A DNA stretch of 64,000 nucleotides from Utricularia gibba (GCA_002189035.1 NEEC01000016.1:1426001-1490000); one strand, 5' to 3'; counted from the first letter of the stretch, positions 14,736 to 29,800 are shown. Numbers and translations are program-made. The notes: generated from the sequence alone by a model not told the origin.

Positions 14736-14869
14736 CGCCGGAGAAGAGGTCCCTGAAACGCTGCGTTTAAAGGGCAAAAGTAAACAGTAGGTGACCAATA
14801 GGAGGACACTAGAATGGCTCGTCTCGTCAAAAGAAGGAGGGGAATGGGCCCACGTATTCAATGGTCTTA

Positions 14870-14980
14870 TTGACCAATTAAACATTAAACTAATCCACCC
14901 ATTCTTCCTCCCTTGTCGAATTCCTTCCCCAAGTAGCGGCAGTATTTAGTTAACAGGTGTCCGATTCGCGTGTCGGTCAA
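14870..14980. promoter_or_regulatory. W-boxes upstream of the WRKY gene
   Basis: TTGACC at 14870-14875 and GGTCAA at 14975-14980. These are short motifs and function is unproven. Confidence 0.3.
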
Positions 14981-17900
14981 CAGCTACATAGTCTTTTGGG
15001 AAACCCTAGTTTGACACCATGGCCTCACTTGTTCTTCATCTTGTCCTGCCCACCCAACACAATTATTAGTTATTGAGAGTGGGGTACGTATCCCACATAG
15101 AGTTATCAACATTTAGTGGTGATTGAAATAAATAATGGATTCATGAAGATGCATATCTCACACGGAAAGGACGGTATAAGTATCACAAAATAAGTTATAC
15201 AGGCTACTATATTAGTTCGTAACAATCTAATATACTTTTATAATTTTACGTTGGAAATAAATAATTATTATAACCACTTGATGAATTCTTTAGTTTTACA
15301 TTAGGTGGAGTTGTGTATTTCAAATGTTATTCTTATTCTATAAAAATGAATCTCTCTTTTATAATGTATTACTTGAATTCAGAAGTTAGCAATCAAATGT
15401 GTTTTCAAAATATTGAATTATCGTATCTATGATTTTTTATTTGTTTTTCTTTTTTTTTTCTAGCCAAGAAGCTTAATGTATTTTCAATGACATTTGACAT
15501 CATAGATGTTACCAATGCCCCCTACTTTTTGTTCTTAACCGGTAACTAGGATCTGAGCTAAATTGAAGCAATTAATCAATCATATCATCGTTGAGGCGAA
15601 AACAAGAAGACTCAAAAATGTGAACAGAGTTTTCTACAAGCTTATTTGGTACAAAACAATCAAATGAGATATAATTAAAAACTCAATTAAAAAAATTTAA
15701 TTTTTTTGTTATCACTAAAAAATCTTATAAAAAAGAAAAAATATAAATATTTTGTCAGTATAAAATGATGTCATCATGCACCACAATGCAAGCACATGAA
15801 ACAAGCAAAATTGATGATGAGCCCCCAAAGCTATGACCATTATGGCAGTTTCTAAGGGAGAATAACCTTTCATTATTATAATTAATCATTTAAACTTCAT
15901 CAATCTGAATGATGATTGGATCTTCAATTTTAAAATCATATTTCATATGCATACAAAGAAAAAAAAATCACTTCCAACTATGCATCTTTTGAGACAAATG
16001 CACAACGGTTAATTTGAATATGAATATAGTATTTCTATATTTTAAAGGAAGATATCATTTTAAAATTTACTTTTGAAAAGACTATTGTTCCTAAATATAA
16101 TTTACATGTATTTACGATAAAAAAAAACATTATCCTTGCAATCAAAATAGATTGAGTTGGTTTTAATATCTTTTTGAATAGTAGAATTGCTATTATCACA
16201 AAAAAAATGATATCTTTACAGAAAACAATTATATAAGATTCATGGCTTTGTATGTGATGAACTTAATTCTTTATGTATTTGCTTGTGTGTTTTCATCTAA
16301 TATGAATAAGACTGTTTGCATTTATGTTTCTACTATTTAATTCAATACATGACATGCTAGATTACTATATGCCGATTTTAACTATATGAAAAAATGTAAA
16401 AAGCTAGATTTAATTTCAAAATTACATAATTTCGAAGTGAAATATAAAAGATATATAAAGAAAAAATTAACTAATAAAATATTTTATCTTGTGATTAATG
16501 AATAAAAAGTGTTTGAGTTAATTCATTAATATGTGTATAATTATAAGATGTGCATGTCTGGAAAATGTGCAATAAAATTATTGATATATTGATGATCTTT
16601 CAAGATATATTCATATTTATTTGTTAAAAAATAAAAAATAAACATTTGATAAATTTCTCATATTAAAAAATAAGGTAAAAAATCAGCAAGATAATAGAAT
16701 TATATGAAATAAAAATAGAGAGTATGTATTATTTGTTGAATTCTATGATAAATATAAGATAACACATGATAAAATTCCATCTTATTCCCCGAAGTTGAAA
16801 GATACCGAAATAAGAAAATAGAATATTGAATGAAATAATGAATTCAATTTTTATAAGATTTGTTGCTTCTAAAACTTGTGATTGGAAGTAATCCTAAATT
16901 CATATCATATCCAAAATGAAATTCTACATAATAAATTTAAGAAAACTCTATATGAGATATGAAAAAACTATAAATTCTCTACGAAAATAGAATTTCATAT
17001 ATGAAAACTAGAAAAATTCTATACGAGATACGGACAAACTACACATTCTCATTACTTTCATTTTCATAATTTATGTCGTCATTTATAGTTTGTAATTAAA
17101 ATTAAAAATTATATTTGACACATAAATGCATGAACTTTCATATGAAAGCATCAGCTCATTGAGTTTGATCCCTAAATCATTATACATATTGTATTTAATT
17201 TGTCTTTTATGAGAATTAAAATTTTATAAATTTACTTGATACAAAAAATTATGTATTCGCAACAACAAAAGAAATTTTCATTTATCATTGAACCTGGAAA
17301 CTTCAATTGTATACTTAATATACAATTATGTTATCAAATTTTAGTGGAAGTTGAAATGAAGAATGTACTTGTATAGTTCGAAGTGTAATTTGGCTTGTAC
17401 AATTACAAATCTAGCTCTGAAAGGCCTATATGTGTAGCATTCATGATGATCCATTTTGCTTTAACTCAATATGGTGCAAGACTTATTTTATAACCAACCA
17501 ATAGACTTGGTTAATCTTATTTAGGAAATAATTAATTGTTGTAATCGCCTTCTAAGTCTTGCAAGAGAAATGGAAGTTATTGCAACAATCTAACAATTTT
17601 CCTATTTTTACAAGAATTTGCTTTGTATTTCTAGATATTCTTTAAAAAGAACAATCTAAATTTTAGAGCTAGTTAGTAACACATGTGATCATAAAGTAAT
17701 AGATTATATGATTTTTGTTTTTTTTTCTTTTCATCCAATATCTACATCTTTCAAAATCTAGGTTGTTAATGTTAAGATTGATATATGTGCATATATGAAA
17801 TTTCTAATAAGAGTAAGAAAATACAAGATTGTGGATTTATTTTTGGATATGATTCGAATAGACTATTGATATTATATCATCACTTATCATATATATAAGA

Positions 17901-18086
17901 TCGTGGATATGAATAATATTTGATATTGGGTATTTGACATTATTGAACATGCTTTGAAATATTATACAAGGGCTTTTAACACTTGTGCATTGGCGCAACA
18001 ATGCATTGTTAAATGAGTTTTTACTTATCCACACTCAGCATATACTATATTTTGACTAAGAATTGATTAATTCTTGGCCCACTAGA

Positions 18087-19307
18087 TGTAATGACCTCAG
18101 AAGAGGGCTTGGCCGCTATGGTCATTACCTCACCCAGAAACATGGTCAATCTCTTGGATGGCTTTGTTTTGATCCGTTTAACCTGCCTAGACATAAGATT
18201 ATTAAGGAATATTTTATTTATAAATACGAGAAAACCATTCAACATAAGGAAAACACGAGTAAAACAACAACTTTCTATTCCCGAGTCCCCTCTATCCTTC
18301 GGGTTCACTCCGTCAGCCCTTCTCCGTCTCCACCAATCTCTACATGACCAGAACCCTTACCTACACATAACTTCGTAAGGAGTTAACATATGTGTAAGGT
18401 AGAGCACATTACCAACAATAAACATATCATCATAAGCATGACATGTATTATCATAAACATAGCATCATCACATATCATTATAAAAATATAAACTTGCATA
18501 TCATAAGTACTTGTCGGTCACAAGGGACATGCATCCCATGATGGCACATCATGTTGCTTTCGGGAGTGATCCTAGCCACAATGATCCTACCACGAAACTC
18601 ACGTTGGGTTGTTGTTAGAGATACCTTGGTCAAGGGTCCAAATCCGCCTCTTAGAGCTCATCATCTTACGACCATTCAGCCCTTATTCATACGTTCCTTC
18701 TCATACTTCCCCTTATCTTTGTATGGCTCTTTGCCCTTTTGCCAAAATGTGACCTTGTTCTTTCGTATCTGACATGGTGATGCCCCTTCTTTGAGTTTCC
18801 AAACTCCCAACTCACCGATTGCCTTTCCCTTATGTACCACCATCGATTGGTTGACTTTTGAGCTTTTTCCTCTTCCAACCTTTCACCTGAAGGATTTAGC
18901 ACATGAATGATTGACCCCTCTTACTGTTCTTAGGCTCTTAGGCCCTTTTCTACCATCACATTGGATCAATTCTTATCAATTATGTCTCATCGAACACTTG
19001 GGCTCATGACCAAACTCTGCCCAACGTTCAACATGTCACTTACCATCCTTTGGACACACATGCTTGCTCAATCGCACAAAATCCCTTCTGCTAAAGTGGG
19101 TCTCTCCCTCGAGCACTCTCGAGGTTCACTCAAGAGCTCGATATGCCTTCGCCAAGAGTTGCACATCGTGTTCAGATCCGATCGATTCCTCGCATGTGGA
19201 TAGCCAAATAGAGGGTTTCCTCATAGCCCCTCCATGTTTTTCCCCTTTGCTTCTTTGCACGCTGATTCATCATTGAAACTCAACATAATCCTACTTGGGT
19301 TATGACA
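18087..19307 (-). mobile_element. 3' LTR (about 1.2 kb) of a chromoviral Ty3/gypsy element
   Basis: Minus-strand termini TGTCATAACC...GGTCATTACA (imperfect inverted repeat), directly preceded by the polypurine tract AAAGGGAGGGGGGGA (about 19322-19308). Confidence 0.8.
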
Positions 19308-20358
19308 TCCCCCCCTCCCTTTTAAGAAGGTTTCGTTCCCAAATTTTACCTGTAAATAGTTTAGAATGTTGCATCCTCATCTAAACTTCTATCTTTCATG
19401 TTGCATCTTCAGGGCTAAGGTTTCTCCCATGGACCTTCAACTACACAATCAACTTTTCTCTAATAGTTGTCACTTTTTATCCCAAATTTCATAATGGGTG
19501 TACCCAATAGGTGAGGTTATCTGTAATCCCAAACTCATTTCCACGTATCTCGTGTCTCGCATCTGGCATCTTCTTCCTAAGCTATGACACATGAAAGACA
19601 TTGTGCATCCCTGACAACCTTGGTGGTAAAGCCAACCGATATGTCAACTTCCCAACATGTTTCGTGATCTTATACGATCCAATGAACCGTGGCTCTATCT
19701 TTCTGAACTTGGCACTTCATGTAAGTCCTCGCTGGTGTGATAGCCGTAGATAAACCTTGTCTCTCAACTTAAAGTCCAACGGCCTCCTCTTGATGTCTGC
19801 CTAACTCTTTTACGTGTCCCAAGCCACCTTAAGTCTTTCCCTGATTACCTGTACCTTCTATTATGCGTCTTAGATTAAGTCAAGTCCCAATAGTGCTCAT
19901 TCTCCCACTTTGTCTCAATGCAATGGAGTTTTGCATTTCTGTCCATATAGAGTTTCGTACGGAGACACCCCAAGCTTGATTGATATCCATTATTGTATGC
20001 AAACTCCACAAATAGATGTACTCATCCCAATCCTCTTAAAACTCCAAGCCACAAGCCCGCAAAAGGTTCTCCACTGTTTGAATCGTCCTCTCTAATTGCC
20101 CATCTGTTTGGGGGTACATCGCGGTACTCATATTGAGCTTGCTGCCCCTCCTATTTAGCTTGCCATAGCATAGAGGTGAACCTGATATCACAGTCAGAAA
20201 CGATGCTCAACGGTACCTTGTGCAATCGTACTATCTTCACTATGGATTCTCGAGCAAAGCAACTGATGCTCCACTTAGAATGAATTGGCAAAAAGTAAGC
20301 ACTCTTCTTGAGGTGGTTTACCACCACCTAAATTGCATCCTTCCCCATGCGAGTCTTA
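19308..20358 (-). mobile_element. Degraded gypsy integrase and chromodomain
   Basis: Broken translations KTRMGKDAI*VVVNHLKKSAYF, VPLSIVSDCDIRFTS, MHNVFHVS and a chromodomain-like tail with many stops. Confidence 0.85.
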
Positions 20359-23300
20359 ATCAATCCTTCTTCAATATATAAAGAGTTGTATCATTCTTAC
20401 TTCTTTGAAAGCCCTTCGATTGAAAGTATGAATCATTTCTAGTATACCAAGCGCATAGTGCTTGTTTGAGGCCATGCAAAGTTTTGTAGAGCAAGAGCAC
20501 TTTACAATTCTTTTTGGATTTAATTTGGTGTGAAGAATTCATTCGATTTCTATTTATCTTCCAATTGTTAGGCTTGAAAACTAATTTTCATGTCCCATTC
20601 TTTTTAATGGACTTAATTTCAGATTGCATTTCTACTTTTCAATTAGGAGCATGGTAGTCTACATCCCTAGGTGTTGGTTCTTGAGCATATAAGCATCTTG
20701 TATATATCTCACTTCTATCTCTATAAGCTTTTGCATGTACTTCCACATCATTTGTACCATTTTCGAAGGTTGCACAGGTTCAATTTCGACATTCTACATA
20801 GCTTGTGAATCATCATCATTAAGTGGTTCTAAATTTGATCCAGAATATTACTTCTCATCCAATTGAATATCATCAGTAGTTGGAAAATGTTCTTTAAAGA
20901 TGTCATTCTATAAGTGGGAGGTAGGAATATTTTCAAGAGTCTAATCCCAATATTTTCTCTCATCCACAAGAACGTCCTTGTTCACAACTATTTTCTGTGT
21001 TTCTAAATTCAACATTCTGTATGCCTTTGAGACATCATTGTAACATAAGAAGATTCCTTTTTCGGTGAATTTATCAAGTTTTCCTTGTCTCTTCTCTTTT
21101 AGAACATGTATAAAATAACGGCTCCCAATGACTCTCAGATGCTTTACCCGAGGAATGGTGTCGTGCCAAGCTTCATAAAGAGTCTTATTTGACAGTGAGA
21201 ATATAGCAAATTGATTTAAAAGGTAAATCATAGTATTTACTATATCACTCCAGAAGTAGCTTGGTAGACTTTTTTGAAAAAGGAGACGTCTTCTCATATT
21301 CATAACTATTCGAGTCTTTCTTTCAAAGGTTCCATTTTGCTGAGGTTTGTATGGCACCGTTCGTTCATGCTTGATGCCCTAAGAATTACATTGTGTAACC
21401 AGCTCAATTGGTGAATATTCCCCTCTATTGTTTGTTCTTAGTTTAAGAATCCTTTCCTTAGTTTCATTTTCCATTCTAGCCTTGAACAATTTGAAGTAGT
21501 TGAGAATCTATGATCTATACTGTATAAGAAATATCCAACTGTATTTAGTAAAGTCATCAATAAATAATAGAAAGTAACAATTACCACTTGGAGTTTCATA
21601 ACTCATTGATCCACACACATTTGAATGTGTCAATTCTAGCCTTCTAGTGATTTTCCAAGTTCATGTGTCAAAGTGAAATCTACTCATTTTTCCTTATTGA
21701 AAAATTGAACGTATTTCTTTTGATGTTTCAATTCAAAGATTTCTTCAACTAGATTATTTCTCTTTATGTGAAGTAGATTTTTATGATAGATATGCCCACC
21801 TTTAATGCCACATATTTTTTTTGTTAGGCTACTCAAGTAGATATCTTTCTCAATCTCAATGAAAATATGTGATAGGATATATTCTGTTGTCTTTCAACTT
21901 TGAAGAGTATATTTTCAATTGAGTTTCTAACAGTAATAATAGTAGTTTCATGTGTATAGGAAATATTTTGGTTTTGTAGTTGTCCATAGTTAATAAGGTT
22001 GTGGTGAACTACTAGAATATAGTTTACATTTTTTATGATTTTTCCAAATATTAGGATATCATTAATTCCATCATATATTAGTTTTTTTTCTTATCCTACA
22101 GCTTGCAAGCTCTTTTTTTTCAGGAAAAGATTGCAAGGTTTTGAAGCAGCTGATGTTATACTTCAAGTGATTACTATTGCCATTGTCCAAGTACTAATGT
22201 TTATTTTTTGTAATTGATTTTTTAGTGGCAAATAAGTTGGCATAGGTTTAAGTAATGGCAAAAACATATCATTAATATATTGCAAAAGTTTAGAAATCCC
22301 AACTATAGCCAATCACTTTTAGTCTTTTGTTTTTCATGACAAACCCTCTCGATATGCCATTTAGTTGAACAATGTACGCATTTGTTCGAGGGATTCTAGA
22401 AGCAATCTTTGCTAAGGTGACTTTGCTAAGGTGACTTTTTCTTATACATAGTTGACAAGGTGGGTGATGTTCTATTTTTTTTCCTTTTTACCTCGGTTTT
22501 CATTTGATTTTTAGGTCATGTATGTAGTTTGTAGAATCTTTTATTGAGGTTTCTCTTGCTCTTTCAATATGATGATCCATTATTCTTCACCTCTCAAGGT
22601 ATTTAATAATTTTGATGGTGTTAGGTTTGTTTGGCTTCTTGTTGTAATGAGAGCACTTATGATGAGGTTGAATTTTGAGGGCTTGTACATATTTTATTGA
22701 TAATCTCTCATCTTCTATTGTTACTCATAACAACTTGATCTTGGTAATAGGTTTTATCATATTATTTGCAAATGACTGAATAGAGTCTGAGTTTGATATT
22801 TTTACCAAGCCAATTTCCTCCATAAATTCAACCTTTCCGCTTGTCTTTCAGTTCCATAAATTCTATCTCAAATATTTGTCATGGTTCTCTAGTTGTTTTA
22901 TAATTTACTATCATCAAGAAGACTTTATTAGTAAGAGAGGTGTGCATAGCAACTAGTGCTTTCAAATTAATCATCTTTTTGTGAGTTCTCTATATTTTTC
23001 TTCCTTATTTGTGGGTGGATATTTAATCATTGTGTCCCATAGATCCAAAGATTGCATGCACCACTTTATTTTTGTTTTCCAAATAAGGTAATTATTGCCA
23101 TCGAGTTAAGATGATTATAATGGTATATATATATATGGGGTAGTGTGTAGTGTTATACCTAAGTCATTGATTGAAATCACTTTGATACCATGAAAACATT
23201 TGTACTATTAACATAAACTATTATTGAATGAAAAATCCTTGCAATAAGAATGAAGATTAAATGTTGAAGAAAATATCATAAAAACACATAGTAGATTTAA

Positions 23301-23460
23301 AAATTCTAACACTATAGAGCAAGTTCAATAGATATTTAAAAACAACAAACTAGTCGTTAGTCGACTGTTAAGATAGAGCTTAGAAGGTTTAAATTAGTTA
23401 GTCCAATTAGATTTTTTTGAGTGATATTGGATATTAGCACTGGGTTATTCCTTCGTTTCA
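20359..23460 (-). mobile_element. 5' half of a degraded Ty1/copia element (LTR about 23460-23191, PBS, gag-protease-integrase, start of RT)
   Basis: PBS TGGTATCAAAG (tRNA-iMet type) at 23190-23180 after ...TTTTCA. Integrase PYKPQQNGTFERK...LPSYFW...GKLDK and RT LYKTLHGLKQALCAWY. The outer LTR end is uncertain. Confidence 0.85.
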
Positions 23461-23824
23461 CATTTATTACATCTTCTGCAAGAGTTTAGGAGAGCAGAAC
23501 CTTTCACACTCACTCATAAATGCAGCATAATTCAACGGTAAACAGTAAGCTTAAGCCCACGTAGTTTCTGAGGAGAGGGCTGGCACACGTGTCATATGGT
23601 AATGATGTGATGCTGATAGAAAATATTGGGCTTGAAGTAAGCCCGCTATTATTCTAATTGGGCCTCCTAGGCTTGAGGTTCAAAGCCCAAAACCTAGCGA
23701 TGTATGCCGTTGGGCCATTAGATATTTCGGTCGCAAGTGTAAGCGTTTGAATGTAAAATCGCTGCCGTTTCTTCAAAACCAGTCCAGGGCATTAAAATAA
23801 ACTTGTAGGTTCCCAGTGGATCGC

Positions 23825-23832
23825 GCGGGAAA
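23825..23832 (-). promoter_or_regulatory. E2F-binding site just upstream of the POLD1 ATG
   Basis: GCGGGAAA (TTTCCCGC on minus), about 10 nt before the ATG at 23843. E2F sites are typical of replication genes. Confidence 0.65.
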
Positions 23833-23842
23833 TTCGGGCACC

Positions 23843-26800
23843 ATGAGCGCCAACGCCAACGGACGGAAACGCCCTCCGCCGCCGTTGGCCGCGAAGGAGT
23901 CTCCTCAGCAGAAGCATCCTGCGTCTATGGAGGAGGAGGAGTTCGATGAAGATGTGTTTCTCGAAGAAACACTTCTCCAGTACGAGGAAGAAGAGTCCCA
24001 GCATCGTGCATTTGCGGAGCGTCTCTCGAAGTGGAAGCGTCCCCAGCTTTCGCCTTCCTATCTCGATCAGTCCCAGAATATAGGTAGGTCGTGTATTCCA
24101 AGCTTTTCATGGCTTATTTTTTGATTGGTTTCCTTGGGTACATCAGCGATCACCGAATACCCATGATTTTGTGATTCGTATTTATGTGTTGCCGTTCATT
24201 CTGCAAAGGAGGATTTGAAGCGAACGTTGATTTCTGTACAGGAAGTATTGGGGAATTTATTTTAATCTTTCGTACCCGTCAATTCTCATTCTGCAGTGTT
24301 TCAACAACTGGAGATTGACTATGTAATTGGGGATAGCCACCGGGAACTGCTCCCGCATTCAGCTAGTCCAGCTGCAATTATTAGAATTTTTGGTGTGACC
24401 AGAGAAGGTTGCTCTCTCTCTCTCTCTCTCTCTACCTTCTCCCACTCGATTTGCGTGTTTCTTTATGTTCCTCAAATTTTTCAAGCCGTTGTTTGAAATA
24501 AAGTGGACTGTCGCCTTGCAAAGTTCGGTTGTTGCTCGATAAATTTTTGGAAATAAAATTGCTATTCACAAACAACTTAATGGAAATAGCTTTTGTCAAC
24601 TTGATTACAAAAAAATTTCGGTATCAAGTTAATCACATGATGCTAGAATTCTTTATGTTTGTTGCAACCTTCTGTGTTGTGCTTTCACGTTGTCACCTTG
24701 ATTTGATTTTTTGCTTCAGAGGTTATTTTCTCTTGGGAGTCTTATACGTGCTCTCATTGATTCGTTCTCACACTAACCTTGTGCAGGACATAGTGTTTGC
24801 TGCCTTGTACATGGATTTCAGCCATATTTTTATATAAATTGTCCCCCAGGAATGGGTCCTGATGATATCTCAAATTTTCATCGAATTCTTGAGGTACGAA
24901 TGCTAATCTGTTTGGGAAATTGCATTTACTCTTGAGAACATGCCAATGTGCGTTTTCTTCATCCGTTCTCACTCTTTGTTTACATTTTACAGGGGAGAAT
25001 GAGAGAAGCAAACAGGAATAGTAAGGTTCAGAAATTCGTTCTTCGAATTGAATTGGTTCAAAGAAGAAGCATTATGCACTACCAGAAGCAGAATTTGATG
25101 CCTTTCCTAAAAATTGTGGTTGCACTGCCAACACTAGTTACTAGCTGCCGTGGTAGGGTTATGTTTTACCGTACTCTTCCCTCTGCAATTTGATGTGAGG
25201 AAATTCTTAAAAACTTTTGTCCATTTTTTAGGTATCCTTGATAGAGGAATACAGATAGATGGGATTGGTATGAAAAGTTTCATGACATATGAGAGCAACA
25301 TTCTCTTTGCTCTTCGTTTCATGATAGATTGCAACATAGTTGGTGGTAATTGGATTGAGGTTCCTCAAGGAAGATATAAGAAGACTTCAAGAAATTTAAC
25401 TTGTTGTCAATTGGAGTTCGACTGCCTGTATCCTTGAGAATTGAAAATTCATCAGAGTCCTCAAATAATGTCTCACGTATCTTTTGAAACTTTGTATCCT
25501 TAAGACAATGTTCATTAGCTTTTCAGATTTGATCAGCCATGCTCCTGAAGGAGAATTCTCAAAAATGGCTCCATTCCGCATATTAAGTTTTGATATTGAA
25601 TGTGCTGGAAGAAAGGGAATATTTCCTGAACCGACCCATGATCCTGTCATCCAGGTTTGTTGATGGTTGATCTCAAATCTCACGCTTTATCTTTAGAATT
25701 AGGCTTAATTGTTTCCACTGGGTGCCAATTTGCAGGTTGCTAATCTTGTAACCTTACAAGGGGAACATGAACCCTTTGCTCGTAATGTGATAACCCTTAA
25801 GTCTTGTGCTCCTATTGTTGGGGTGGATGTTATGTCATTTGACACAGAGAAGGAAGTTCTACTAGCTTGGAGGGTAATGTAGTTTACCAATCTAACTAAT
25901 AGGATGCTCTGTTTCCTTCCTTTTTTCGTATTTCCTTACACAGTTGTCTGTATGAAATTCTATGTTGAAAGTCTGTTTCATATGTTTTCCCTTCATTTTA
26001 GGCCGTTATTTTGTTCTCATTCTTCTTTGGTTTGCACATGCTTTTTTACAGGACCTAGTTCGTGAAGTAGACCCAGATATTATAATTGGTTATAACATCT
26101 GCAAATTTGATTTGCCGTATCTCATTCAGGTGAAATTATTAACTCATCATCTGTCCACGTATTTAAATAGTTCTATTATTTAATGATCATTATTTGTTTT
26201 CCATTTTTCGTTGTATACGAGGGCAGAGAGCAGAGGTGTTGGGAATATCTGAATTTCCTCTACTTGGGCGTGTTCGTAACAGCAGAGTCCGCACGAGAGA
26301 TACCACATTTTCTTCCAGGTTAAACCCTTCATTCAATGGGCACCGCAAATTTTATGTGTGATGTAGGATGAGTGTTCTTGGTCATGAGATTTTGGTAATC
26401 TGTGAATGATAATGGGTCACCATAAGATTCTCGTAATATTCTTTTGTTGATTTAACTGAATAAAGCCTCTGCACATGCAGACAATTAGGTACTAGAGAAA
26501 GTAAAGAAGTAACTATTGAGGGGAGAATTCAGTTTGATATTTTGCAGGTGCGCTATCATTAGTATCTTGTGCACTCTCTTGTATATATTAATATATCAAG
26601 CTACTCGATAGTTTCTGCTTGTTTTATGCTACTTGTATCATGCCTTGGCACATGGATCCTTGACATCCTATTTTTGCAGTCTGTTCAAAGGGATCACAAG
26701 TTAAGTTCTTATTCACTCAATTCCGTTTCTGCGCATTTTCTTAATGAACAGGTGGGATCACAATATATATGCTGCTCTGTTCAATCCTCACATTTGCATT

Positions 26801-29800
26801 TTTAATGATATTTGAGTTGTTTATAAAAATGTTTAATATAATGAACAGAAAGAGGATGTCCACCATTCAATTATTTCTGACCTTCAGAATGGCAACTCAG
26901 AAACTCGAAGGCGTCTTGCTGTCTATTGCTTGAAGGTAAGCAAATAAACAGTATCGGTCTTCCTTGGTATTTCTTCTTTTTTTGGCTGCATGATTATGAA
27001 ATCTGGACATGTCATTTTTTGCATAATGTTGTTGAAGTTAAGAGTGTGAAACTCAACATCAGTACCATGAAAAGTTATATCGATTTAATTTTCAGTGGTT
27101 TGAGATGCTTGAGATGATGATTTGATATCTTAAGAGCATAATGGAAAGAGCCTCAGAATTTATTTTGAATTAGTTTGATTCCTGTTGAAACCAACTACTG
27201 CGGTATAGAGTTTCACGTATTACTATAATCTAAATAACATTCATAGGATGCTTACCTGCCTCAACGACTGTTGGACAAATTGATGTTTATTTATAACTAT
27301 GTGGAGATGGCTCGAGTAACTGGTGTTCCTATCTCGTTTCTCCTGTCCAGAGGGCAGAGTATAAAGGTTAACACCGCACCAACCAATTATTTTGGTAGGT
27401 CGTCAATGCGAGTTTTTTGTTGCTAATCTATCTTCATACCCTCTTCAGGTGCTGTCTCAGCTTCTAAGGAAGGCAAAACAAAAGAACATGGTTATACCAA
27501 ATGTAAAACAAGCTGGGTCGGAACAGGGAACGTATGAGGGTGCAACTGTGAGTGTTCAGTTCTCTATTTGCCATTTGTCACAGCAGGTCTCCATGTTTGA
27601 GTTTTATCTCAGCGTTATCAGATAATGGAAGCTACATAGACTTGATTCTATGCAGGGCCACATGGCAGTCCCTGTTACAGTGAAAATTCATCTATGTATA
27701 GCCTGAGATATCTAATGTGCATGTCTGACAGTAAGTACATTTGGTTTGTAGGTTCTGGACCCTAAAGCAGGATTCTATGAAAAGCCTATTGCAACCCTGG
27801 ATTTTGCTTCATTGTATCCATCAATTATGATGGCGTACAATTTGTGTTATTGCACGTTGGTTAGGATGGAACACTTAATTATTTCTGTTTTCCTTGCTGC
27901 AAAAATAACCATCTTCATGAATTTCTTATTATATTTTCAGGTAACTGCTGACGATGCCCGGAAGCTCAATTTGCCCTCTGAATGTGTGAACAAAACTCCA
28001 TCTGGTGAAATATTCGTCAAGTCTAGTTTGCAGAAGGTCTTTGGTCTGTTAATCTTATTTTCTAAAACTAATCTGAAACCAATTTTTATATCCCGCTGCA
28101 TCACAGTGTGTAATGTAACAGGGAATATTGCCCGAAATTCTGGAAGAACTTTTGGCCGCTCGTAAAAGGGCTAAAGCAGATTTGAAGGTAATAATTCTAA
28201 CAAAAATGTAGATCGTTAGATACTATTGTAAACAATCATTATATCTCCATAAGTTTAAAATTTTGGTAAAAATCGCTAGTTGTCCTACACATAACACATT
28301 GTATGATTAAATTTCGTCCCTGGATAAACTAGCAACCACCTATAATCTCTAGGAAGCGAAGGATCCGCTTGAGAGAGCTGTGCTGGATGGTCGGCAACTG
28401 GCCTTGAAGGTGAAATTTGTAGTTTTTATCTCTCTCTGTGGTGTACGATTGGAAATGCATTTTAGTACATCCCATCTACACTTAATACCCTTTATTTTGG
28501 TAATTTTACTCTTTTCATCCTCTGATGAAGAAACTACTGGAATTTCCTACGTTTCTATTTCCCTCCAGGTAAGCGCCAACTCTGTTTATGGTTTTACTGG
28601 AGCTACAATTGGTCAATTGCCTTGTTTGGAGATCTCTTCAAGTGTCACCAGCTATGGTAATTATTATTTGAATTTCCGTAGGAATGTGTTTCTATGTTCT
28701 TATTTTCTAATTATCACTTTCTTTTTTCAGTCATGCCCATTAAATTGCTCATTGATAAACATTCTTATGCTTTCAAGGTCGACAAATGATTGAAGATACG
28801 AAAAAGCTAGTTGAGGAAAAGTTCACAGTGCTGAATGGCTATAATCATACCGCTGAGGTACAGTATCCATGGGGCATTTACACTAAAGCTTTGGAATGAG
28901 GTTTCTACATTTGCACAAATCCTCTCATTCATTAATCTCACCATTCCAAACTCTTGCTACCTTTATGTGGTTATAAGTTTTCTTTATGTTATTGTTTGGT
29001 TAACTTTTCTAATATAAGGTGAAATGTGCTACTTCAAAAATATTGCATGATATTCATTAATGGAAGGAGGGATTAGCAAGTGTGGTTCAGGAGTTTGTAG
29101 TGTGGATGCTGAAATCAGTGAATTTTTTTTTTCAAGAATATGTCTTATCTGACTGTTTCTTCGTTGTTTTTCCGTATGTTGTATTTGTTTATTGGGAGGC
29201 ATTTTAGAACCTTAATCCATGCCAACACAGGATATTCCGTTATATGTCAATGTGAGTCACTTTCACAAATTTCATCTGTTGTGTTTCAGGTTATATATGG
29301 GGATACAGATTCAGTCATGGTGCAGTTTGGTGTTTCATCAGTGGAAGAAGCCATGAGCTTGGGTAGGGAAGCTGCAGACTACATAAGTGGAACTTTTATC
29401 AGGGTAAGTTAGCGTAATGATCTACCTCGTCCATTCATGGTCTTTTCATCTCCCAACTAGAAGCTTTCTTCGACAAGCTTGAAACCAACAATTTTATGTA
29501 GCCATTTGGAGCTGCAGTACCCTAAGTAGAGAAAGTAGGTAGTCTTTTATTAAGCTCCTAGCTTTTTTTTATCAGAGCATGCTACTTTAAAAAATATATA
29601 TATATTTCAAATTACGAAGTGTTGCCGATGCTGTCTTTACTATGAATGAGGCTTTGGCATTGCCGATTTGTTTCTCGTATTTTTTTATTCTTATTTTGCC
29701 CCTTTATTTCATCAGCCTATTAAGCTGGAGTTCGAAAAGGTCTACCACCCGTACTTACTAATTAGTAAAAAGAGATATGCTGGTCTTTACTGGACAACAC

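Noticed and set aside
14736-14885. In-frame N-terminal extensions of the WRKY ORF (and likewise BTB 60800-60886 and AP2 11127-11153)
   Set aside because: Family homology begins at the downstream ATG in each case, so the extensions are probably untranslated leader.
15000-17800. AT-rich intergenic DNA with short imperfect repeats near 16940-17050
   Set aside because: No TIR, TSD or coding motif could be supported.
18063-19276. Several 60-95-aa ORFs
   Set aside because: They lie almost entirely within the gypsy LTR and have no protein motifs.
23191-23460. Treating the copia LTR and the gypsy LTR as two ends of one element
   Set aside because: They differ in length and sequence, and the outer flanks (CTAGA versus CATTT) do not form a TSD.
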